Shown here one piece after another: positions 11,114-21,624 of a stretch of DNA of 64,000 bases (positions within the stretch are counted from its first letter, which is position 1; every line of letters begins with the position of its first letter). Position numbers and translations under genes: made by a program. The notes under the pieces were generated by a model. That model searched no databases, was not told where the DNA came from, and saw only the letters and a list, made by a program, of their open reading frames with translations. The stretch is from Candidatus Zhuqueibacterota bacterium (GTDB taxonomy: Bacteria > Zhuqueibacterota > Zhuqueibacteria > Oceanimicrobiales > Oceanimicrobiaceae), in assembly GCA_029262005.1 (NCBI GenBank), contig JAJDAG010000017.1, forward strand, positions 13,473 through 77,472, in the 5' to 3' direction.

Positions 11114-11319
11114 TGTAAGTCTGCATTCGGAAACTAGCCGAACTAGTTTTAACTAAACTCTTTATTCATAAATTATTTGGGTTAGCGGATCGCATGTTCT
11201 AAGTGGAGAAGGAATTCACGCCAAGTGCTTAAGCCTTGCGGCCCGATATTCGACAATTTTTGTCATGATGAATATTCAGGGCTAAAGCTGACGAGTCGGC
11301 AACCATTTAGCCGATGTAA

Positions 11320-13548
11320 TTATGCAATGACCTCAAGATTCGCATATTTAACCAGCAGGCGCTTTTCCCCTGCTTCATAGAAACGCACTGTAATTTTCAT
11401 TGTCTCACCACCCCCATCTTTGCGAATGACTTTGCCAAGACCAAAGGTTGCGTGTTTTACCTCGCAACCGAGGTAAAGTTCAGTGCCATCCTGAGAAAAA
11501 TCTTCATAAGCCGGCATCCTGTCTTCGTCGCGGTTGCGTTGGTTTCGCCGCGAAGAGGTTAGACCTCGGCGCGTGCCGGCTGAAATGTTTGCACTTTTTC
11601 TTTCTAATAGCTTCTCGTCAATTTCACCAAGAAAACGGGATGGGAGATTTTGAAAGTGCTCACCAAACCTGAAGCGCGTTGCTGCCCAACTCAAATGAAG
11701 TTTTCGTTCAGCCCGGGTAGCGCCCACATAAAACAGACGTCGTTCCTCCTCAAGTTCCTCATCGCTTATAAATGTTCTTGTTAGGGGAAACAGGCCCTCT
11801 TCCAATCCCGTGACGAAAACCACCGGAAATTCAAGCCCTTTGGCACTGTGCAATGTCATCAACGTCACTGCATTTGTTCGGTCATCCCAACTATCTACAT
11901 CAGCGACTAAAGCAACTTCTTCCAGAAATTGCTCAAGTCCACCCTCCGCATTCCTCTGACCAAAATTAACAATAGCGGAAAGCAGTTCTTTAATGTTTTC
12001 TGAACGAATAAATGCCTCTTCAGTGCCAATTTCTTTTAAATTTCTCAATATCCCGATTTCGTCGACAACCACTCTGGCCAACTCGCCTGCAGAGAACTGA
12101 TCCTTCAATGAAGCGTATTTCTCAATCATGGCGTGAAATTTACGAAAGTTTTCGCGAATTCTTGGTGAAATCTCTGTAATTTCTTCTGCACGACCAGCCG
12201 CTGCAAGCCGCGAAATTTGTTGCTCATTTGCAAAAGCTTCTATTTTCTTTACGGAAGATTCGCCAATACCCCGCAATGGGAAGTTGATCACCCGCTTGAA
12301 GCTAATGAAGTCACTTGGATTGCAAATCAAACGCAAGTAGGCTAGAATATCCTTAATTTCTTTTCTCTCGTAGAAGCGCAAACCTCCCACAATATTGTAA
12401 GGAATGCCGGCATTCCTAAAGGCATCCTCGAGCACTCTGGACTGCGCATTTGTACGATATAAAACAACAAAATCGCTAAAGTTTCCAGCATGTTGCTGCA
12501 ATTCTTTTTTAACTGAAACAACAACAAACATTGCCTCGGACAGATGATCGGGCAGCTCGGCAAGAACAACCTTGTCGCCCCGTTCATTATCCGTCCATAA
12601 GGCTTTTTCACGTCTGGTTACATTGTTTTTGACTACTGAGTTCGCGGCATCGAGTATGTTCTTTGTCGACCGGTAGTTTTGGTCAAGCCTGAAAATGGCG
12701 CATCCCGGGTAGTCCTTTTCAATATTTAAAATGTTTTTAACATCTGCACCACGCCAACGATAAATGGATTGGTCATCATCCCCTACCACACAGAGATTTT
12801 TATGCAAGCTGGCCAGTTTATTCAGGAAAAGATATTGTGTGCGGTTTGTATCCTGATATTCATCAACCAGGATATAACGAAACCGTTTTTGATAGCGCTG
12901 TAAAACAGCCGGCTCTGCCTCAAATAGATAGATTGGATTAACCAATAAATCATCAAAGTCCATGGCATTATTCTGTTTAAGCTGTTTTTGGTATTGGGCG
13001 TAAACCAATGCCACGGTTTCCTCGAAAGCGCTATTGGCTTGCTTCTGAAAATCACCGGCGCTCATAAACGCGTTTTTCGCTTTACTTATACTATTGTGAA
13101 TCCTGTCCGGCGTGTATTCCTTGTCGGCAATGTGGAATTCCTTCAAAACAGATTTGATGGCGCGAATCTGGTCGTCACGATCAAAAATCAGAAAATTGCT
13201 TTGATAGCCGATTTTGTCGGCGTCCACACGTAGGATTCTAGCAGAAATCGAGTGAAAAGTGCCAATCCAAATATCATGCTTCGGCAAGTCGCCAACCAAC
13301 GCCTGAATTCGTTCCTTCATCTCTGCAGCAGCCTTGTTTGTAAACGTAACCGCAAGAATTTCCCAGGGCTTTACACCGGCACTTTGTATTAAATGGGCGA
13401 CCCTGTGCGTTAGCACACGGGTCTTTCCACTACCTGCCCCGGCGTGAATCAGCAAAGGTCCGTCCAGGTGTGCGGCCGCGGTTTTTTGAACAGGGTTAAG
13501 CCCTGCTAGTAAATCGTCCTTTTCTCTCTCCTCCATTCTGCCACTCAC
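11320..13548 (-). CDS. pcrA: ATP-dependent DNA helicase, UvrD/PcrA/Rep family
   Basis: Walker A GAGSGKTRVLTHRVAHLI. Helicase motifs (VTFTNKAAAEM, ILVDEYQDTN, VGDDDQSIYRWRGA, TLHSAKGLEFPVVFV). UvrD C-terminal Tudor-like tail. Confidence 0.85.
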   Translation of the reverse strand: MSGRMEEREKDDLLAGLNPVQKTAAAHLDGPLLIHAGAGSGKTRVLTHRVAHLIQSAGVKPWEILAVTFTNKAAAEMKERIQALVGDLPKHDIWIGTFHSISARILRVDADKIGYQSNFLIFDRDDQIRAIKSVLKEFHIADKEYTPDRIHNSISKAKNAFMSAGDFQKQANSAFEETVALVYAQYQKQLKQNNAMDFDDLLVNPIYLFEAEPAVLQRYQKRFRYILVDEYQDTNRTQYLFLNKLASLHKNLCVVGDDDQSIYRWRGADVKNILNIEKDYPGCAIFRLDQNYRSTKNILDAANSVVKNNVTRREKALWTDNERGDKVVLAELPDHLSEAMFVVVSVKKELQQHAGNFSDFVVLYRTNAQSRVLEDAFRNAGIPYNIVGGLRFYERKEIKDILAYLRLICNPSDFISFKRVINFPLRGIGESSVKKIEAFANEQQISRLAAAGRAEEITEISPRIRENFRKFHAMIEKYASLKDQFSAGELARVVVDEIGILRNLKEIGTEEAFIRSENIKELLSAIVNFGQRNAEGGLEQFLEEVALVADVDSWDDRTNAVTLMTLHSAKGLEFPVVFVTGLEEGLFPLTRTFISDEELEEERRLFYVGATRAERKLHLSWAATRFRFGEHFQNLPSRFLGEIDEKLLERKSANISAGTRRGLTSSRRNQRNRDEDRMPAYEDFSQDGTELYLGCEVKHATFGLGKVIRKDGGGETMKITVRFYEAGEKRLLVKYANLEVIA

Positions 13549-14576
13549 TTTCTCTTTTTCTGTTTACTTCCCCTGATTTTTCGTCTGTACTTGTCGAACC
13601 TTGCTTTAGCCCGGTTGTGCTCACGCAACGTTCTTGAAAAAGTATGCGTGCCATCGCCATTGGCAACAAAATAAAGAAACGGCGCATTGTCCGGCTGTAT
13701 TGCAGCAACGACCGAAGCAAGTCCCGGGTTGTTAATTGGGCCGGGTGGCAACCCTCTATTTAGATAAGTATTATATGGCGAGTCAATTCTTAGGTCCTTT
13801 GTAAGCAGTCGTCTGGGACCATCCTTTATGATATATTGTATCGTTGGATCTGCCTGCAACGGGATCCCCCGCCGCAAACGGTTGTGATAAACAGCCGAAA
13901 TAAGTGCCCGCTCCGAATCAACGACAGCTTCACCCTCAATAATTGAGGCCAAAGTTAGTGTTTCGAGGAGGGTCATTTTTCCAGAATTAATGACGGTTCG
14001 CAGAGAATCTCCTACCTGCCTGTTGAACTCTTTCAGCATGGTTCGAACCACGCTTTTTGCGCTCTTCCCAAACTGAAAATCATAGGTATTTGGGAAAAGA
14101 TAGCCTTCCAGGCAATCGCCGCTTAGACCAAATTCACGCAGCAGGCTTGTGTCCTGGACATGCTGCATAAACGCGATTGAGTCAATCTCGACACCTTTTG
14201 CAAGTATCGAAGCTATTTGTCGAGATTGCAAACCCTCTGGAATGGTAATACGTTCATTGACAGAACGACCTTCGGACAAGAGTTTTATGAGTTGATAGCT
14301 CGACAATCCACCCGTGATTTTGTACTTCCCAACTTTCAAACCACTGCCTGTCCCGATGATTCGAGCGACAAGGCGAGGCTTGGTTGTTTCAGAGATAATT
14401 CCCTTTTCTACCAACCCTGCCATGATGCTGTTAAAGGACATCCCGGGAATTATTTTGAATTGAAATTCATCCTGTCCTGTGCCGTGCGTCACTGGCGAGG
14501 TAAACAACCAGAGCAATACACCGGCCATAGATACAATGCCGGTTAAGGCAATTAAACGACTCTTCTTCATAAGCAT
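13545..14576 (-). CDS. mltG: Endolytic murein transglycosylase MltG (YceG family)
   Basis: N-terminal TM anchor, then the YceG-like domain with LASIIEGEA and PLQADPTIQY motifs. 4-nt overlap with pcrA. Confidence 0.8.
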   Translation of the reverse strand: MLMKKSRLIALTGIVSMAGVLLWLFTSPVTHGTGQDEFQFKIIPGMSFNSIMAGLVEKGIISETTKPRLVARIIGTGSGLKVGKYKITGGLSSYQLIKLLSEGRSVNERITIPEGLQSRQIASILAKGVEIDSIAFMQHVQDTSLLREFGLSGDCLEGYLFPNTYDFQFGKSAKSVVRTMLKEFNRQVGDSLRTVINSGKMTLLETLTLASIIEGEAVVDSERALISAVYHNRLRRGIPLQADPTIQYIIKDGPRRLLTKDLRIDSPYNTYLNRGLPPGPINNPGLASVVAAIQPDNAPFLYFVANGDGTHTFSRTLREHNRAKARFDKYRRKIRGSKQKKRK

Positions 14577-14588
14577 CCTGCTTTTAAA

Positions 14589-15017
14589 TTATTCAGCCTG
14601 ATATTGAAATTTGTCAGACGTAAAAAAATCTGCGAGAATTGATGCATGATCGAATGCAAGCGGTGATGGCAAGTCCTCTTCCAGGAAAAGGCCAATGTCA
14701 GCAGCATCGTCCCTGGCGCCAGGCTTGCCGGAACCACGGGCAACGTAAACAAGACTTACTGTGTGCCCGCGTGGATCACGCTTCGGCTCGGAGTAAACAT
14801 CCAGCAGCCCTTCAAGTTCAACATGCAGAGAAGTTTCCTCCAGGGCCTCACGAATGGCTGCGGCCTCTACTGTTTCACCAATATCAACAAATCCACCTGG
14901 AATAGCCCAGCCAAAAGGGGGATTTTTCCGCTCGATTAAAACAACTCTTTCAAGAGCATCGGCCCCTACGAGCCGGATGATGATGTCTACTGCAAGAGCA
15001 GGAGTCTGTACTTTCAT
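14589..15017 (-). CDS. NUDIX hydrolase
   Basis: Nudix box GGFVDIGETVEAAAIREALEETSL (GX5EX7REUXEEXGU). Confidence 0.75.
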   Translation of the reverse strand: MKVQTPALAVDIIIRLVGADALERVVLIERKNPPFGWAIPGGFVDIGETVEAAAIREALEETSLHVELEGLLDVYSEPKRDPRGHTVSLVYVARGSGKPGARDDAADIGLFLEEDLPSPLAFDHASILADFFTSDKFQYQAE

Positions 15018-15018
15018 A

Positions 15019-15747
15019 TCATCGCAACATTAGAAAAATATTGTACAGTGAGTGCGTGTAGGCAGTTATGCCATACCCTCGCAGCACAAATAATAGTGAA
15101 AAAATGGCTCCGGCAACAGCTCTAAAGGTAAACTTGGCCCGATCAAAAGTTTCTGGAAAAGGATCCAAATAATGGAAGCCTGCAAAAGCCAATGAACTGA
15201 CAAAAATGGCAAGGCCGTAAACAACTACTTTGTTTTGCAAGTCCAATTTCCGCAAGGCCAATATGATTGCTGAAAGCAAAACAAATCGAAAAAGAAACTC
15301 TTCGTAAATTCCCGAACCAATATTCATTACAAGCGCTGAAACGGAGAAAGTGCCAACCATCTGCTCTTCGATTGGAGTAAGGAGAATCCCTGTGATTCCG
15401 CCAACGAGCAGACCAAAAATAATTCCGTAGAGCAAGCATTCGAGGAACATACCTGCAAGATACTCAATACGGACACCGGTCAGCGCCAACCGATTACGCT
15501 TTTTTATAAAAAATGCACAAAGCAGAACGGCCGGTAGCGCTACAGACAGTTCGAGGGGTAAAGAAAATTCCAGCAATTTTTGAGTAAAAAGAAGGTCAAC
15601 ACCCGTCCTGTGGGTGCCACCCAGGCCATTGTTCATTCGGTAGGCAAGATATTCATACACAACCCAAAGCGGCACAGCGAAAATCAGACTCATGGTAGTC
15701 GTGCGTGAAACCTGCCAATATTCTTTTTCAAAAAATGCTCGCAACAA
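15019..15747 (-). CDS. CPBP-family intramembrane metalloprotease (CAAX protease / Abi-like)
   Basis: Polytopic membrane protein with EEFLFRFVLL and FAGFHY motifs, which are CPBP motifs 1 and 3. Confidence 0.7.
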   Translation of the reverse strand: MLRAFFEKEYWQVSRTTTMSLIFAVPLWVVYEYLAYRMNNGLGGTHRTGVDLLFTQKLLEFSLPLELSVALPAVLLCAFFIKKRNRLALTGVRIEYLAGMFLECLLYGIIFGLLVGGITGILLTPIEEQMVGTFSVSALVMNIGSGIYEEFLFRFVLLSAIILALRKLDLQNKVVVYGLAIFVSSLAFAGFHYLDPFPETFDRAKFTFRAVAGAIFSLLFVLRGYGITAYTHSLYNIFLMLR

Positions 15748-15844
15748 TACTCCTGTTCAGTACACTGTTAGTGATTCGTTTGCTTAAGTTTAGGCCGGTC
15801 CTCTCCTGCCTTCATAATGAATTCAAGCAAAAATGTGAGAGAAA

Positions 15845-15873
15845 AATATATAATTAGGCCCTGTAAATGTCAA
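15845..15873 (-). promoter_or_regulatory. Candidate sigma-70-type promoter (TTGACA-N17-TATATT) reading toward the CPBP/nudix/mltG/pcrA gene string
   Basis: The minus strand reads TTGACATTTACAGGGCCTAATTATATATT. The -35 is at 15873..15868 and the -10 at 15850..15845, about 95 nt upstream of the CPBP start. The promoter consensus of this lineage is unknown. Confidence 0.3.
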
Positions 15874-16124
15874 CAATTTAATTTATATTTATCTGTATTT
15901 TTACCTTGACATTGCAATATTTTCTCAAAAGTTCACACATTAAATTCTTTCATAAGGAGACAAGTTAAAGCATTAAATAACAACATGTTAAAAATGTGAG
16001 AGCGCTACATCACTTGAAGCCAAAGTCACACCGTGTGGCGTGTTGGCCAGAGCGGTATCAACGACGCCCTAAGCCAATAGAAACAATTGAGGTGGATGAT
16101 TGTGAGGGAATTTAAGCCTGGGAG

Positions 16125-17111
16125 TTAGAAGAAAAGATTTTTCTTGGGGAAGAGTCCAAAGATGCCGCCTGTATGCAAGAAAAGAATTTTCTCGCGCTTG
16201 TTGAATCTACCCTTTCTTATCTCTTCCCGTAGCCCGAACATTGCTTTGCCGGTGTAGACCGGGTCAAGTAAAATGCCTTCGGTTCTGGCCACCTGCTTGA
16301 TGATGTCAATTTCTTGCTGGTCGCTCAAAGCGTACCCCTTGCCGACATAACCATCTATAATATGCATTTCTACTTCGGCAACATCACAAGGCAGGTTAAA
16401 GCGCTGGTCCATCCGTTGCAGCAACCTTGTAACCGTGTTTTCGAAATAATTTTTGTTATCACAAACATTGATGCCATGAATCGTCGCTGCCAAATCATAG
16501 ATATATTTTCCGGCCAAAAGGCCGGCGTAGGTGCCACCTGAGCCAATCGGGACGATGATGTGCCGGATGTCAAGCTTGAGCTGCTTTAGTTGCTGAGCAA
16601 TTTCCATCGCTGCCTTTACATAGCCAATAGAGCCCAGTTCATTAGACCCGCCTTCAGGGATGACATAAGGCCGATGTCCTGCAGCTTTAAGGTCATTTGC
16701 AACACCCCGCATAACCGAATCAACACGCATATATTCTTCCGGGCTAATGTACTGAATTTCAGCACCGACAAGTCGATTGATAAAAAGATTGCCCTCTATG
16801 GAAAGCCTATCACCATTGCGCAACACCAGATGAGATTTCATGCCCAACCTGGTGGCGGCAACCGCCATTGCACGAGCGTGATTGGATTGTGCTCCGCCGC
16901 AAGTAATGAGGTAATCACAATTTTGACCCTTCGCCTCAGCAAGCAAAAACTCAAGCTTGCGCACTTTGTTGCCGGAGAGAGCCAGACCCGTATAATCATC
17001 ACGTTTAATATACAAGTCGGGACCCTCGAAACAGCTTGATAAAGCTGGGAGGGCTTCGATGGGGGTCGGCAAGTGCGCCAATGATAAAGATTCCGGGAAC
17101 TCAAACTTCAT
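16125..17111 (-). CDS. PLP-dependent D-cysteine desulfhydrase / ACC-deaminase family enzyme
   Basis: N-terminus PTPIEALPAL...LYIKRDDYTGLALSGNKVRKLEFLLAEA with the PLP lysine. Fold-type II PLP enzyme, 328 aa. Confidence 0.7.
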   Translation of the reverse strand: MKFEFPESLSLAHLPTPIEALPALSSCFEGPDLYIKRDDYTGLALSGNKVRKLEFLLAEAKGQNCDYLITCGGAQSNHARAMAVAATRLGMKSHLVLRNGDRLSIEGNLFINRLVGAEIQYISPEEYMRVDSVMRGVANDLKAAGHRPYVIPEGGSNELGSIGYVKAAMEIAQQLKQLKLDIRHIIVPIGSGGTYAGLLAGKYIYDLAATIHGINVCDNKNYFENTVTRLLQRMDQRFNLPCDVAEVEMHIIDGYVGKGYALSDQQEIDIIKQVARTEGILLDPVYTGKAMFGLREEIRKGRFNKREKILFLHTGGIFGLFPKKNLFF

Positions 17112-17203
17112 GATGTACGCCTTTCAAAACAGTTACGTTGCGGCGCATGAATATAACCAGATTTGCCGCCGAAAACAAAGCTCGTGTCAGAACTTTATCA
17201 TGT

Positions 17204-18106
17204 TCAAAATTTGAATGGAACCGGCGTGAATGACAAGGCAAAAATAACAAGTGTCAGAACGCCGATGACTTTTCTTTGTGTATCTATTGGCGTTTCGTCA
17301 AGTGTCGGCGGGTGGCGTAGGCCAAACCATACCAGCAGGATTAAGAAAGGTGCCCATCCGGGAAAGAGAAAAACAGCGGTAAGCCCAAAACCAACAGCAG
17401 CAATCAGCGCAACCAACGCGTGCCGTTTGCCCACAAGCGCGTAGACAATGTGCCCGCCATCCAATTGGCCGATCGGAAGAAGGTTCAAGGCGGTAACAAA
17501 CAGGCCAGCCCACCCAGCATACGCCAGCGGGTGCAATAAAACATCTTTGCTTTCCGAAAGTTCACCGATGGCGAGATCTGAGAGAAATGTGTAAAACAGA
17601 GATTCTCCAAGATACACGACCCCTTCCTGGACCGCTGCCTTCTCAATTATTTCTGAAAACTGGATACCAAAATAAATGGCTGGAATTGTGAAAACCAGGC
17701 CTGCCAGGGGGCCGGCAACAGCAACATCAAATAATGCGCGGCGACTGGGGATCAACGATTCCATCTTGATGACGGCACCCAGTGTTCCAAACGGGTTAAA
17801 CATGGGTGGAAAAGGGATAAAATAGGGCAACGTTGATTTAATGCCATACTTTCGACACATTAAATAGTGCCCCATTTCATGGGAAAACAAAATCGAAATG
17901 ATACCGGCACTGTACCAAACACCGCTTTGCCAATTCCCGTGCTGCAACCAGCCGGTAAGATAAGTCGTGCCAATTGTCATAAAAAACAAAATCACGTTCA
18001 GCCGAGGATTGTCACTGCGGAGTCGTTTCAGTCCGGGTAACTTCGGACTGCGGTTTACAAACAAACGTGAATAAAAAGAATCGGGCCGTTCAGATTGGCT
18101 TTGCAT
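17204..18106 (-). CDS. Site-2 protease family (peptidase M50) membrane metalloprotease
   Basis: HEMGHYLMCRKYGI HExxH motif inside TM helices. Second zinc-ligand region LNLLPIGQLDGGH. Confidence 0.7.
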   Translation of the reverse strand: MQSQSERPDSFYSRLFVNRSPKLPGLKRLRSDNPRLNVILFFMTIGTTYLTGWLQHGNWQSGVWYSAGIISILFSHEMGHYLMCRKYGIKSTLPYFIPFPPMFNPFGTLGAVIKMESLIPSRRALFDVAVAGPLAGLVFTIPAIYFGIQFSEIIEKAAVQEGVVYLGESLFYTFLSDLAIGELSESKDVLLHPLAYAGWAGLFVTALNLLPIGQLDGGHIVYALVGKRHALVALIAAVGFGLTAVFLFPGWAPFLILLVWFGLRHPPTLDETPIDTQRKVIGVLTLVIFALSFTPVPFKF

Positions 18107-18119
18107 GGTTACGCGAAAC

Positions 18120-19301
18120 TCACTTTAAGCCCGCGAGAATCAGGTAAACATCATCGCGGATGGGGTTCGGGCTGAACTCAGAGATGCCGTTAAAAATAGT
18201 GTCAATTATTTCATCTCCCGGAAGATAAATACTTGATTTAAAAAAATTGATAAAGCCTTTTATTCCCAGTTGTTTACCGTCCCCGTCTTCAGCCTCAATG
18301 ATGCCATCCGTGTACATTAAAATTTTGTCCTCAGAGCTTACTTTGATCATATCTTGCTCAAATTGGTTTTCTTCTCTCTTCTCATAACCAATGATAATAT
18401 TTTGTGACTCGAGTTTTTGAAAACGATTATTTCTACTATTCCAGTAAATGACCGCAGGATGGGCGCTGCCGGCATAGGTAAACGATTTTTTTCGAAGATT
18501 AAGAACCCCGCTAAACATAGTCAGAAACATGGCCATACCATCAAACGCGTCAAAAATAAAGTTGTTAACGGTGTATAAAATAGACGATGGTTGCCTCTGT
18601 TCCCGCACCATATTTTTAATCTCACTCGAAATACGGTTCACAAGCAGTGCAGCCGTAATGCCGTGCCCCGTGACATCAACCAACGTTAAATACACGTTCT
18701 CAGAACCATCGTAATAGATATCAGCGAAGTCCCCACCAACGCCAATCATAGGCAAGTATTTAACTGACACATCCACATCAGGAAGTTTGAGAGGCGCCGG
18801 CACGAGACTGTTTTGCACCTGTTCTGCCAACTCCAGGTCCTTGCGAATCATTTCCTGGTGTTCGCGCAACTCCTGCTTTTGCTTTTCGATTTCTATTCTA
18901 AAACTACGTCTTTCAAGCGCTTTTTGCACTTTAAGACGAAATTCATCCATATCAATGGGTTTGGTCAGAAATTCAAAAGCACTTAGTTTCATTGCCTGAA
19001 CAGCGGTGGGAATTGTGCCATGGCCGGTTAAAATTAAAACTTCCGTATTGTCATCCTTTTTCTTCACGGTTTTGAGAACCTCGATGCCACCCACTTCTCG
19101 CATGTGAAGATCTGAGACAACCAGATCGAAGTTTTCTGTTTTGAGTGCATCCTCCACGAGTTTGCCATCAAAAAGGGTTTTAACAGAATGCCCGTCTTTC
19201 CTAAGCACCTCTGACAAGAGGTAAGTTATTGATTTTTCGTCATCTACTACTAGGATATTAGCCATATTGCGGAGATCTTCCTTCATCCGTAAATCAATCA
19301 A
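18120..19301 (-). CDS. Response-regulator receiver fused to PP2C/SpoIIE serine phosphatase (RsbU/RsbP-like)
   Basis: REC domain (ILVVDDEKSI...LVVSDLHMREVGGIE...LILTGHG), then a coiled coil, then PP2C (VDVTGHGITAALL, MYTDGIIEAEDGDG). Confidence 0.75.
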   Translation of the reverse strand: MIDLRMKEDLRNMANILVVDDEKSITYLLSEVLRKDGHSVKTLFDGKLVEDALKTENFDLVVSDLHMREVGGIEVLKTVKKKDDNTEVLILTGHGTIPTAVQAMKLSAFEFLTKPIDMDEFRLKVQKALERRSFRIEIEKQKQELREHQEMIRKDLELAEQVQNSLVPAPLKLPDVDVSVKYLPMIGVGGDFADIYYDGSENVYLTLVDVTGHGITAALLVNRISSEIKNMVREQRQPSSILYTVNNFIFDAFDGMAMFLTMFSGVLNLRKKSFTYAGSAHPAVIYWNSRNNRFQKLESQNIIIGYEKREENQFEQDMIKVSSEDKILMYTDGIIEAEDGDGKQLGIKGFINFFKSSIYLPGDEIIDTIFNGISEFSPNPIRDDVYLILAGLK

Positions 19302-19355
19302 TATAGTAATTTTATGTTACAACACAAGTGGAAAGGTGTGGATTTACGTTGACTG

Positions 19356-21080
19356 TCACTTTACTTTAATAAGAAGGGCGGTGATGTCGTCTGCTTGTGG
19401 GCACCCACTCGAAAAGCTTGCCACGTCGTCTAACAATTTCTTCAGCAGGTCCTTCGTGGATAGATGAAAATTATCAGCAATACACTTTTCGATTCGATGC
19501 TCTTCATATTCTTCTTCGTTCACATTCATTGCCTCAGAGACGCCATCTGTGAACATCACAATACAATCTCCGGAAGCAAGTTTGACAGTTTCGGACTTGT
19601 AGATAATTTCCGGCATCATCCCAAGAATCAACCCACCTTCATCGAAGGTCTCAAATGTGCCATCTGCGTGATAAAGATATGGCGGGTTATGTCCGGCATT
19701 CACTGAAGTGAAACTACGCTTCTTCAAGTTTAGAATGCCAACAAAAAAGGTAATAAACTTGTCATAAGTTGTGTTTTCGTATATTATCTTATTGATACGT
19801 GTGGTGATTTCTGTGAGCGACAGGCCTGTATCTGCAAGTGCATGCAGACTTGCTTGCACGTTTGCCATGAGCAAAGACGCAGGTGTACCCTTTCCTGAAA
19901 CATCTGCGATGCAGAACATATACTCGTCGTTTGACATTTTGATAAAATCAAAGTAATCTCCCCCTACCTGCCGTGATGGATTATTCACGGCCTCCACCTC
20001 GTACCCCTCCAGAGTCAGGCAGCTATCCGGTAATAATTGTCTTTGGATTTCACCGGCGATACGCATTTCTTCATCCATAGCTTTCTTTTGCAGTTCCTGC
20101 TCAATCAGCCGTGCTGTTTCAATTGAAATGACCGACCAATCACCCAGGATAGAAAGAAACCTCAGTTCATCCTTTGAAAAAGGCTGCCTGGTTATCTTGC
20201 CACCTATTGCAATGACGCCTTTGTTTTCATTCTCAATTTTCATTGGAATAAGTGCCGCAATGCCTGCCGCAGTAAACGCATCACATGTTGAACCATCTTG
20301 ATAATCTTGAATCAAAATAGGCTCTTTCAGGCTTGCGAGTTCAGTCGAAATCTGATTATTGCCGGTAATTTGGCTACAATTGTCAGAGGGAATTCCCTTA
20401 TTAAGCGACAAAGTCATGCCTTCGCTGGCAGCAAGAAACACAGCACAGCGATTCACCATCATTTCACCCATGATCGAATAGACAAGCAGACTAACAACTT
20501 TATTCGTTTCTAACTTCGAAAGCGTTGAATTTAGCTCCCGGACAATCTCAGACAAAGTATTGAGTTCCTGCACACTTTTGTCCGACTTACGCTTCTCATG
20601 GTCAAGCTGGCGAAAAATTAAACCATTTTGAATGGAAGTAGCTGAGATGTTTGCAAGTGAATTTAAATAATCTAACTCCGTGTCGGAAAACTCACCTGCA
20701 AGACTCTTTTTGCCAAGACCGATAAGGCCCAGGTTTTTGCTGTTGTGGCGAACCGGAACCACGACGAGTATGTCATTTTTTTTTAGAAATGCCTTAATCG
20801 TTGACGGTTGCATGTCGGCAGTAAAAGTGAGACTGAGAGGGAAATCGTCAATATGTACCACACTGTCCAGAAACGAACGAGGTAACCCTTTGCAGGCCTC
20901 GATTATGTATTTTTCCTGCTGGTGCCCAACAAGGACAAGACCTTTGCTAATCAAAAATTTGCCCATTAATGTCAGAAGCAGAGTATCCAGAATACTCTTC
21001 AAGTCAAGCGAAGAATTCAACGCCTTGCTCAAGTCGAAGATAGCCTGGAGCTCGTATTTTGTTTCCGGGTCTTGATTCAC
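19356..21080 (-). CDS. GAF-domain sensor fused to PP2C/SpoIIE serine phosphatase
   Basis: Two N-terminal GAF-like domains, then PP2C motifs (ADVSGKGTPASLLMANVQ, MFTDGVSEA). Confidence 0.75.
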   Translation of the reverse strand: MNQDPETKYELQAIFDLSKALNSSLDLKSILDTLLLTLMGKFLISKGLVLVGHQQEKYIIEACKGLPRSFLDSVVHIDDFPLSLTFTADMQPSTIKAFLKKNDILVVVPVRHNSKNLGLIGLGKKSLAGEFSDTELDYLNSLANISATSIQNGLIFRQLDHEKRKSDKSVQELNTLSEIVRELNSTLSKLETNKVVSLLVYSIMGEMMVNRCAVFLAASEGMTLSLNKGIPSDNCSQITGNNQISTELASLKEPILIQDYQDGSTCDAFTAAGIAALIPMKIENENKGVIAIGGKITRQPFSKDELRFLSILGDWSVISIETARLIEQELQKKAMDEEMRIAGEIQRQLLPDSCLTLEGYEVEAVNNPSRQVGGDYFDFIKMSNDEYMFCIADVSGKGTPASLLMANVQASLHALADTGLSLTEITTRINKIIYENTTYDKFITFFVGILNLKKRSFTSVNAGHNPPYLYHADGTFETFDEGGLILGMMPEIIYKSETVKLASGDCIVMFTDGVSEAMNVNEEEYEEHRIEKCIADNFHLSTKDLLKKLLDDVASFSSGCPQADDITALLIKVK

Positions 21081-21129
21081 TTGTATTAAATTTATTGGTT
21101 TGAGGCTGGTGCCTGGGACAAAAAAATGG

Positions 21130-21582
21130 TTATGTGAGATATTTTATCATTCGCACCTGATTTTTCAAGCCAGGTTTTATTTCGAAGTCAACTTTGTCCA
21201 TGAGTGTTTTCATTAGACAAATGCCGAGGCCACCTTTCTTCCCCGCCCTTATTGATTCACTTAAGTCAGGGGTCTTTACACGCGATGGGTTAAACCCTTT
21301 GCCTTTGTCAGAGACAATGATAACCAACTTATTCTTCTCAACCTTGATTAGAATATCCAGCATTTGGCCCTGGGAATTACCATAAGCGTGTTTAATGACA
21401 TTTGTGCAGGCTTCATCAACAGCAAGCTCGATCTTGCTGGCTTCATCCGCATCAAGGCCCACTTGCGCAGCGACTTTGGTCACCAGCCCCCTAATTATTG
21501 ACAAATTGCCAGCTTGGCTTGGTAACTTTAATTGATACTTTTTCTGAGTTTTAGGCAAAGTATTCACCGGCTTTGTAAGCAT
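21130..21582 (-). CDS. RsbW/SpoIIAB-like anti-sigma factor serine kinase (GHKL ATPase)
   Basis: 150 aa. N-box ELAVDEACTNVIKHAY; G-boxes DKGKGF and GGLGICLM. Confidence 0.75.
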   Translation of the reverse strand: MLTKPVNTLPKTQKKYQLKLPSQAGNLSIIRGLVTKVAAQVGLDADEASKIELAVDEACTNVIKHAYGNSQGQMLDILIKVEKNKLVIIVSDKGKGFNPSRVKTPDLSESIRAGKKGGLGICLMKTLMDKVDFEIKPGLKNQVRMIKYLT

Positions 21583-21624
21583 GTCTTTTCATTTGCTAAA
21601 TGGACTCTGTCTTAGGGTTCCAAG

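Noticed and set aside
15906-15930. Plus-strand TTGACA followed by AATATT
   Set aside because: The spacer is only ~4-5 nt, which is incompatible with a sigma-70 promoter. There is no plus-strand gene downstream.
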